Shown piece after piece: positions 53,823-64,000 of a stretch of 64,000 nt of DNA; position 1 is the stretch's first letter, and each line of letters begins with the position of its first letter. The position numbers and the translations under genes were made by a program. The stretch lies in the NCBI GenBank assembly GCA_964016885.1, contig OZ024743.1:197718001-197782000 (forward strand). Direction: 5' to 3'. Origin of the DNA: Eledone cirrhosa (taxonomy: Eukaryota). The notes below the pieces were generated by a model. It was not told where the DNA came from. It was given only the letters and a program-made list of their open reading frames with translations, and did not search any database.

Positions 53823-56800
53823 AAACAATGATGACAACAACACCAACAGCAGCAACAATAATGACAACAACACCAACAAGAACAACTTCACAAACAAGGA
53901 AAAAAAGGTTTCGTTTGCACAAACTGTCCAAAAGACAGAACTATATATACAGATTGACATCTCTAATGCCGGAGAATTGCTAAGAGATGCCAAGCAATAT
54001 ATAACTTTTGGAGAGAATGGCGCTTTTAGCATCACTTCTCCCCAAGAATTGCGTAGAGACACTGTCCTGAAAACCATAGTTTTAGGACAATCTCACCAGA
54101 AAACCAGCTCAATTAACTCAAAACGAAATTGAGCTGGTTCTAAGAAACTCCATGAAGGACATTACCTTCATAATGAAGGGAAAACTCTTCGGGAGTTTAT
54201 CAATAATATTGAAAGACCAATTGACCGCACAGAAATATTCTGTGTCGCCAATTGTGTCCACCATCTACACCTTTTTCCCCACATATATGGAAAAAGGACC
54301 CCAAAAATAAAAGTAACAAATATCACAGCAAATGTAAACATCTGGTGGATATTAGCTGGTTTCATCAATTTTGAAGAAGATACAGTAATTTCGGTAGGAA
54401 AGTCCTCCAGGGGCATATTCAACGGTACAAACTTAGAAGTTCTGGTCCAAATGAGATAGCTAGAATACCACAACGTGTGCCTCTAGATGGAAATTCCTAC
54501 ATAAACATTTCTGTTTAGGGTAGGCGGCCTTCATGTTACCAGTGTTTAAGCAGTGGCGACCTGAGGGCTTCCTGTCCTCAATTAACTGGATAAAAAAAGC
54601 ACTACTGCCGACACCCAACACAACAACACAACCACCACCACCACCACCACCACCACAAAAACAACAACAACAACAACAACAACAACACACAAACATAACA
54701 AAAACAAACCAAACTGCAAACACAGTCCCACCCAACCTCTCCCCACCTTTTCAGCACCCACATGGCCAATATAAGAGTTGGATGTGTGAATGTACGCGGC
54801 CTGGGGTTGCCCTGGAAACAGGGCAAACTCTTAAACGACCTCAGGTCGCATAGTATGGATGTAGTAGCCATTTGCGAGTCCAGGATCCACAGCGTGCGGC
54901 AGCTGCCACCCCCTCTTCGACGACTTTGAGATCTACGCATCTCTCTGTCAGCCGGGAGGTGTGGGGCAGGGTTGCCGTTTTGCTGCGGAAACACCTGGAC
55001 GTCGTAACACAGACGATACATCTGGACCCGGAGGGTCGACTGGTGGTCCTAGACGTTGACGGTAGTGAAGGTGGAGCCTTCAGGCTGCTGGCCGCATATG
55101 CCCCATCCGGGACACTGCGGCCAGACTTCTTCAAACGTCTAGAGACTTTTCTGGGAACGTCCCGCTCCTTGCTTTTAGTGGGAGACTGGAATGGAATCCT
55201 AGATGCACATTGGGACTATGTGGGAGCATGTCCCGATAAAAGGGGGTGTAACAGCCTCAAACAGTTAATCGGCCGATTTGACCTGGCCGATAGATATCGA
55301 CTAGATTTTCCGACTGTGCCACTGTGGACGTGGACTAATATCGGCAGAACATCTAGATCGTACCTAGATAGGGTTCTAGTAAGAAATAAAGATAGGGACA
55401 TGTTAAGCTGTCCACAAATGTTCATGGTTGCCTATCAGATCACAAACTAGTGACCTGCATGGTCAACCTTGATAGAACCCATAGACAAGGACACGGCTAC
55501 TGGAAGCTGAACTTTTCGTTACCGACATGCAAAGCCTACAGTAGACGGATTAGCACTTTAGTTAAACAGCACTTGACAGGGGCGATTGTCAACAATAGAT
55601 GGTGGTACTCTCTCAAGAGGGCAGTTAGATTAGACTCGTTAGATTTTAGTAAAGAATTAGGGTTAAATAGAAATAGGACCGAGAAGGAACTGATAGACAA
55701 AGTAGAAGAGGCAATTAGAAGTGGCAACGTAGCCAGCGTGCTAGCAACGAGAGCGGCCTTGGACCAGTACTTCGACGCAAAGCACGAGGGCTGCGTTGTC
55801 AGAAGCAAAATACGTACTCTGGGTAACGAGGGAGCCAAAGCTGTTAGCTGGGCCCGGGTGACGGAGGCAAAAAGTGGTAACAAGTCCACGATTCGGTCTT
55901 TGAAAGACCAAGCAGACGTGCGCGGCATTTCAGTGGCACTTTGTTCAGCTGTTCGGGCAGGGCGGCGTGCCGGGAGGGGGTATGGATTTCGGTCCATACA
56001 TCGACGGCTTACCCAGACTCTCGGACAGTGAGGCGAAGTTCTGCGAAAAGCCGATAGGTGACGCGCTGCGAAAAGAGATAGGGGACGCGCTGAGCCAATG
56101 CGGCAAACGCAAATCTCCAGTTTTCGACGGTCTACCCTACGAACTTTACGTAGCAATGCCGGACTTATTCTCCGGTCTCCTGGAAGCGGTCTACTGCAAC
56201 TGGCAGCAGAACGGGAGAATTCCCAGTCCTGTGACCAGGGGCGTAGTCACACTAGTCCGGAAGGACGAGAATAAGGGGGATGACATAGGCAACTTCCGGC
56301 CCATAACTCTGCTAAACACAGAGTTACAGATTTGGGCAAGGCGTTGGCAAAGAGGCTGGCGCTTGTCGTCGAAAACCTGGTGGGGAAGTGTAGACATGCG
56401 CAATCCCGACCAGGTCCATACACGACAACCTCCATGTCACGCGATACATCATAGAAAGGGTAGAGTGTAAACCCGGCTTTGGTGGGGCCCTGATCAAATT
56501 GGATCAGTCTAAGGCTTTCGATAGGGTTGACCATCGTTACCTGGATGCGTGCTCGAGGCGTCAGGCTTCGGACACATGTTCAAGGGCTGGATTGCTGCAA
56601 TGCACAACAGCAACATCTGCTCAAGGGTCAATGTGAACGGTTACCTCTCAGACCCGTTCCATATCACGCGATCCATTCGACAGGGATGCCCTCTCTCCAC
56701 CCTTCTGTACGTACTGATTCTCGAGCCACTATTGCGGAAGTTGGAGCTATTGCAGGGCGTCCCTCAGGAACCGGGACTGCGGAAAACCGCGTTGGCCTAC

Positions 56801-58408
56801 GGCGACGACGTGACAGAAATGGTGTCGAGCACCTCGCAAATCGATGAAGTTGGCTCCTTTCTGAAGGAATACGAACGGTTCACAGGAGCGAAGCAGGGAC
56901 AAGTCCAGCAGTCTGCAACTTGGATTGTGGAGAGGCAAACCGATGCCTTCCGATGGCGTCGTCGGACGCTGGACGGAAGGACCGGTAAAGCTGCTCGGGG
57001 TCTGATTTGATCCGGACCTCCAGGTGGAGAAGAACTGGAACGAGGTGACGGTCAAGGTGTTTGCACTCATCTAGAAGTGGGCCGAGTGCAAACTATCTTT
57101 GAAAGGTCGAGCGGAGGTGTCAAACACTTTTATAGCGTCCGTCATCTACTACCGCTTGACCGTCGTGCCTTGTCTAGCCAAAATGCTCGGCAAAATCGAG
57201 CGCGCTTCTTCCAATTCCTTTGAAAGAAGCGGGCTCCTTTGGTGAGAAAATTCATCTGCTGCCAACACCCTTCAAACGGAGGGCTGGAGAAGCCGTTGCT
57301 GACGATGCGCAAACACGCGCTCAAGCTGCCGCACCTTCACGTATTCCTCACCGGACAACCGGTGTGGGCCCCGTTCGTGAGGCGAGCATTCCCACGACTC
57401 GTCTCGCTGACCGAGCTGCTGTCCTGGGTCAAGCAAAGACCGAGGAAAATGGGCGACTGGCACATCGAATGTGCTCAGGCGCTCACAGCCCTTTGGCAGG
57501 CGGACCCGGCGATCAGTGGAGACTCAACTTCGTCATTCTATAGAGGGTTGGTCCGCAGCAAGTGCGACGACGCGCTCGGAGAAACTCTGGGCGTAGATGA
57601 AGACGAACTGGCCAGTCTGTTCGGTAGAACCTTCCACCCGGGACCGTTGGACAACTTCCAAACGTCCCTGGCCTAGTAGTGCTACCGAGGAGCTCTACCA
57701 GTTCGAGACAAGCTCTACAGACACGGGCGCCCGGGCAGGGACCCTTCGAAAAGATCTGTCCGAGATGCATGCGCGACGAAGAAACCGTCGCGAACGCATT
57801 CATACACTGCCCGGGCGTTACCGACCTGTGGGGCTATGTAGAACGACTATTGTCGCGGGTGGGGCCAATCCAGTTGACCACCGAGTCCATTGTCATAATC
57901 AAACCACCACCCTTCTTCAAAAACGAAGGAGAGGCGGTTTTCCTTTGTGTGATAGCTATGGCGAAAGAAGTTGTATGGTGGACCAGGTTAAAAGGGGTAA
58001 GACCAGACACCTTTCTCTCCGGCCAACAACTGATACTTTTTTTCAAATACCACTTTGGAAGAAGAATCAGGATAAAGAACGAGGTGCTGTACTCCAGCAA
58101 GTTTTATGAAAGGTGGGTGAAAGTGGCGAGAATGGCCCGAGTGAATGGGCCTTCTCTCTATATCAGCCTGTAGGTTGAGGAAAAGGAGGAAGAGAGGAAA
58201 GGGGTACAAACTCATCGTACTCCTGTAGATGAGTTGCACATTTTTTCGGGTGTATGTATTACCCATATCATATGTCTCCCCCTATTGAGGAAAATCGATT
58301 AACTTTTAAATTACATTTGTGATAATATTTTACACGTTTTTATTGTATGTAAACTTCCCCCTTTGTATTTGTCCCCTTCCTTTGTGCCCCTGTGGCTAAT
58401 AAAGAAAC
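53823..58408 (+). mobile_element. Decayed Tx1-like LINE, second subfamily
   Basis: ORF1 remnant (N-rich, SFAQTV), ORF2 remnant, 3' end CCCTGTGGCTAATAAAGAAAC followed by (ATCT)n. Confidence 0.92.
54762..58173 (+). pseudogene. LINE ORF2 remnant (APE + RT + zinc finger), many frameshifts and stops
   Basis: MANIRVGCVNVRGL, VGDWNGILD, YLDRVL, FRPITLLN, QGCPLS, YGDD, CPRCMRDEETVANAFIHC. Confidence 0.92.
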
Positions 58409-58433
58409 ATATCTATCTATCTATTTATCTATA

Positions 58434-59263
58434 TGGTAATGCGGCTGGACTGCCGATCGCTATATTTCATTTGCTAAGCTGTCTAAACGTATTGTTATTA
58501 CTCTGGGGTACTATCCCCATCCGAGTGCTAAAGCTACATATCGAATTTGCATTCGTGAGCTTGGCCGCAAACTAAAGCTTCGTTAATGCTGTACTAAAAT
58601 TTGTATTTTAACTCCTAGAATTAACGATTAACTGATTAATTTAATTAGATGATTCTATTGATGATTCTATTAGATGATTCTATTTTATGTTTGATAACTT
58701 CTGGTTGAGTGCTTAATTCGGTTTGTCTAAAGGAATTTCATTCCTTTATCTCAAATTTGAATCCGCCGCCAAAGCGGGGTTTATGCACCTTGGAGAAAAC
58801 CACGTGTCTATAGCGAAATTCACTGCTAGAACATACCCGCAGAGGCTAAAGAACACAAGACTTGCTGAAGAAGTAAATCCTTTGTTCTGTCGCCAAACAC
58901 CATTAACTTGAAGACCCCTGCAAGCGGAATTTGTCGATCTTGGATTTGCAGAAACATAGCGCTGATATTGTGTGCTGTATGTGATGTATATCGTGTGCTA
59001 TACGATATGCATTATATATTCCATTCAGTTCCACCGTTCTGTCCGGGTCAGTCTAAAATCTTTTCCTGAGTCCTGTATTTTCGTTACAGTGGTAATGCGG
59101 CTGGACTGCCGATCGCATATATTTGATTTGCTAAGCTGTCTAAACGTATTGTTATTACTCTGGGGTACTATCCCCATCCGAGTGCTAAAGCTACATACCG
59201 AATTTGCATTCGTTAGCTTCGCCGCAAACTAAAGCTTCGTTAATGCTGTACTAAAATTTGTAT
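58434..59263. mobile_element. 830 bp non-coding element bounded by ~173 bp direct repeats
   Basis: TGGTAATGCGGCTGGACTGCCGATCGC...GTACTAAAATTTGTAT at 58434-58606 and 59090-59263. Confidence 0.8.
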
Positions 59264-59332
59264 ATATATATATATATATACTGAAATACTAGTATGCATA
59301 TAAATACACACACGTATACATATGTACATGTA

Positions 59333-59618
59333 CCGAGTTTTTCACTGGACACTTTACTGTGAGTGTCCAGCTAGTCTGTATGTAACCAAACAGTATGTAA
59401 CCAAGCTCATTGAAACAGTCTGAAGTACCTATATATGTCACTGTTGTAATTAATTATACTAATTAATTATCGAAACTAGTCCAATATTCCTGTCTGGCTC
59501 TCTGGAGAATAGAGGAAAGGTGTTTCCTTGAAAACCCGTATGACTCTAAAACCCGGTTTGTCTGTTTGGTTACATACAGACTAGCTGGACACTCACAGTA
59601 AAGTGTCCAGTGAAAAAC

Positions 59619-59619
<1 letters not shown>
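59333..59619. mobile_element. (TA)n-flanked fold-back/composite element
   Basis: AGTTTTTCACTGGACACTTTACTGTGAGTGTCCAGCTAGTCTGTATGTAACCAAACAG inverted at 59562-59619; internal 59405-59460 is shared with 60734-60788. Confidence 0.85.
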
Positions 59620-60429
<810 letters not shown>

Positions 60430-60470
60430 ATGATATTAATAAATGGAAACTATCTTTATAAAACCATATT

Positions 60471-60533
60471 TATTTTATTATATATATATTTCACGGGTAC
60501 CAAAATTTTGGTTCGCACTCATCAGACAAAATA
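60471..60533 (-). ncRNA. Minimal hammerhead ribozyme, family B
   Basis: Minus strand TATTTTGT-CTGATGA-..ACCAAA-at-TTTGGT..-GAAA-TATATATA-TA-ATAAAATA. Confidence 0.72.
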
Positions 60534-60892
60534 CAAAGGTTGTTATATAAATATTGACATATCCCCAAAACAAGAACTTATCGTTTTAAGTTCAGTTTGG
60601 ATAGTCATAAATAAATTTGTTGAATAACCAACAAATTAAATATCTCTTTGCTTATATATATATTATAATTCGTTAAAATAGTAAAATAGTTACACATAGA
60701 GGTACTTACGTATCGTTGGGTTATACACCCCAACTCATTGAAACAGTCTGAAGTACCTATATATGTCACTGTTGTAATTAATTATACTTAACACGCCCTA
60801 TGAACTGAGTGCTCTTACGCTTGGATATTTCTACCAAAACTTGTACTAGGGTGTACTGGCAATATTATAACATTATGACCCTCCCCAAGTAT

Positions 60893-60949
<57 letters not shown>

Positions 60950-61108
60950 CAAATGGATATTTAATTTGTTGGTTATTCAACAAATTTATTTTTGACTATC
61001 CAAATTGAACTTAAAACGATAATTTCTTGTTTTTTGGATATGTCAATATTTATAAAACAACTTTTGTATTTTGTCTGATGTGGGCGTACCAAAATTATGG
61101 TGCCCTTG

Positions 61109-61200
<92 letters not shown>

Positions 61201-61348
61201 ATATGTATGCACTTCAAAAGTAAGTGCATAAATACAATGTACACTGACTAAATATAGGAATCAATACAACTTAATTAACAGGGACCTCGAAGTTTTTCCA
61301 GTGTGGTCAAACCTTATATTTTGAAAGGGCATCTATACATTGTATATA

Positions 61349-61650
61349 CAGGGTGGCCCAAAAGACGCGATACATAAAAAATAATTGTTTCTACTTTAGG
61401 CACAAGGCCAGCAATTCACCAGTACATTACTGGTACTTTATTTTATCGACCCCATAAAGATGAAAGGCAAAGTTAACCTCGGCGGGATTTGAACTCAGAC
61501 TGTAAAGGGACGTAACTATGCTAGAAAGTATAGCGCCCAGCCCTCTACCGATACTGCCAATAATAATGTTTTATAAGAAACATTCATTCAAAGTAAATAA
61601 ATATGGAAACTTAAACATTTCCTATGTACTGTGACTTTTGGGCCACCCTG
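61349..61650. mobile_element. Tc1/mariner-type MITE with a nested SINE (61381-61561, minus)
   Basis: Perfect 16-bp TIRs CAGGGTGGCCCAAAAG / CTTTTGGGCCACCCTG flanked by TA. Confidence 0.9.
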
Positions 61651-61664
61651 TACATATATATATA

Positions 61665-62106
61665 ATAACTAGAAATTGATTAACATATAAATAAACATGA
61701 ATAATCACAGGAGATAATTTTTACAAGTGTGTAACCACACATAGCTAGGTGGGTAACTAAATAAAGTTGACCAGAACTTCAAAAATAGATACCTTATAAT
61801 ATGATTAATCTCCCCTGTATATATTCCATTAAAGAAATATATTTTACCAATTAATCGGACGATAAACCCAGGTAGGTAACTAAATAAAGTTCTGGTCAAC
61901 TTTATTTAGTTACCTACCTAGCTATGTGTGGTTACACACTTGTAAAAATTATCTCGTGTGATTATTCATGTTTATTTATATGTTAATCAATTTCTAGTTA
62001 TTTCTAGAATCTTAGACTTATTTTGCGGGTGATATGGCGCATGTCTTTCTGGCATGACACCCATAATTTTGATTTAGATTAAATTCATTTGATTTATCTT
62101 AATTTT

Positions 62107-62110
<4 letters not shown>
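61665..62110. mobile_element. (TA)n-flanked fold-back element (same family as 40168-40500)
   Basis: 61666-61776 inverted at 61889-62001. Confidence 0.88.
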
Positions 62111-62156
<46 letters not shown>

Positions 62157-62202
62157 ACACACACACAGACATATATATATATATATATATATATATAGAT
62201 AT

Positions 62203-62381
62203 ATGAAAATGTTTGACCCCGACGGCAGAGCTCAACCCGGTTCGACGGCTATTTCTGAAATAGCCGTCTAAACGGCTTGAGTTCTGCCGTCGGGGTCAAA
62301 CATTTTCCTATTACCCACTCTACTATTGAGTACTATGGTGCGTTATGGTCCATCTGGTTCCTTACCACACCTCCTTCGTTA
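62203..62381. mobile_element. (TA)n-flanked fold-back element, family I
   Basis: Palindrome centred on CGGCTATTTC-T-GAAATAGCCG. Confidence 0.9.
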
Positions 62382-62404
62382 TATATATATATATATACAT
62401 ACAT

Positions 62405-62480
<76 letters not shown>

Positions 62481-63031
62481 GCTTGTGGGTGTATGATTGT
62501 GCATATGCGTGAGGGTGTGTAGATACACTAATGTCGCGTTTCGAATGCTGAATAGTGAGTGTAATATATTTAAATAAAATCAGACTTCAGAATTTCAACA
62601 CCAAAACTCCCTCTGGTGGTGCTCAGAATGCGACAAGTAGTGAAAGGAGGGACATGAGAGCTGAGCTAATATTTTGGCACATTTCAGACAATGTTGTGTA
62701 AGTCTGCCTCGTCTCACAATCTCAATACTCCTATATAGTCTCAGTTGATTGAAATGATTTTATATTTAGAATGTGAGACGCTACTTGTACCCATACATTT
62801 AATTGTAGAGCAACGCTCGCACATAACGTCATTATGTTTTGTTCACACTCCTACACGGATATCTCCAGTATATATATATATATGCATTAATTTCTCGCTC
62901 CATTGAAAGCTTTGTGAGTGCCTCAAACAATTAACATCTGCTATATTGCGGCTACAACTTCGATTGATAACCAATATTATATATGTATATACACATGTAT
63001 ATATATTATATATGTGTGTGTGTATGTATGT

Positions 63032-63120
<89 letters not shown>

Positions 63121-63130
63121 TGTGTGTATG

Positions 63131-63188
<58 letters not shown>

Positions 63189-63234
63189 CTGTATTCTAAA
63201 TATTTTCGTCGGAAACGATAAATAGATGAACAAA

Positions 63235-63299
<65 letters not shown>

Positions 63300-63521
63300 G
63301 TAATAACATCATCAATGACAACAATAACAACAATAAAAATAATGGAAGCTAATACAATGGACACTTTATATGCTCCGCTTACTATTTTATCTATAATCTT
63401 TATTTTATTTTACTCGTTCACTCACACCAGTTCCTTCCTCTTCATTATTGCTGATCTAATTGTTTGAAAAGATTCAAACAGGCGGACATAGAACACGTAT
63501 ATCAAACTGTGCCCATGTATG

Positions 63522-63555
<34 letters not shown>

Positions 63556-63631
63556 TGTATGTATGTATATATGTATGTATGTATGTATGTGTAAGTATGT
63601 ATGTATTTATTCACATATGCATGTAGTTATG

Positions 63632-63725
<94 letters not shown>

Positions 63726-63783
63726 CATATATATATATATATATATACACATTTATACGTACATATATATATATATATATATA

Positions 63784-63820
<37 letters not shown>

Positions 63821-64000
63821 CACTACATGCATATGTGAATAAATAAATATATATATACGTGTGTGTCTGTGTGAGTGTATGTATGTCTATGTATATATAT
63901 ATATATGCATGCATGTGTGTGTGCGTGTGTGTGTGTATGTATATATATATATATGCATGTATGCATATGCGTATGCATGTGTATGTGTGTGTGCGTATTG

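Noticed and set aside
54098-54140. Short inverted repeat AACCAGCTCAATT/AATTGAGCTGGTT
   Set aside because: Local rearrangement within a decayed ORF1; no other support

Overview
AT-rich, microsatellite-saturated eukaryotic non-coding DNA with no convincing host protein-coding gene. Nearly all listed ORFs are translations of (TA)n, (CA)n, (TATG)n or (GGT)n repeats. The SINE types suggest an octopus/coleoid genome (inference from recalled consensus shapes, not a search). Recognisable content: (1) Tx1/L1-clade non-LTR retrotransposons, namely a head-to-tail trio at 16523-23836 separated by (ATT)n and ending in a near full-length element, a decayed second subfamily at 53823-58408 and a fragment at 65-245; (2) many tRNA-derived SINEs, RTE and CR1-like LINE scraps and three MITEs; (3) the most striking signal, about 20 short fold-back insertions embedded in (TA)n. 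These belong to about 10 or more unrelated sequence families, most of which carry a minimal type-I hammerhead ribozyme (HHR) with a palindromic stem-III loop (CCGG, TGATCA, GTAC, CTAATTAG, CAATTG, CTAG, TATATA, CG). The set includes U3-A8 core variants and compensatory stem changes. Where an HHR orients the arms, they are joined 5'-to-5' with 3' ends running into (TA)n, and some insertions are chimeras of two families. This points to a diverse, non-coding, Penelope-like/retrozyme-like, TA-targeting retroelement system that may integrate by priming from both ends of a break.
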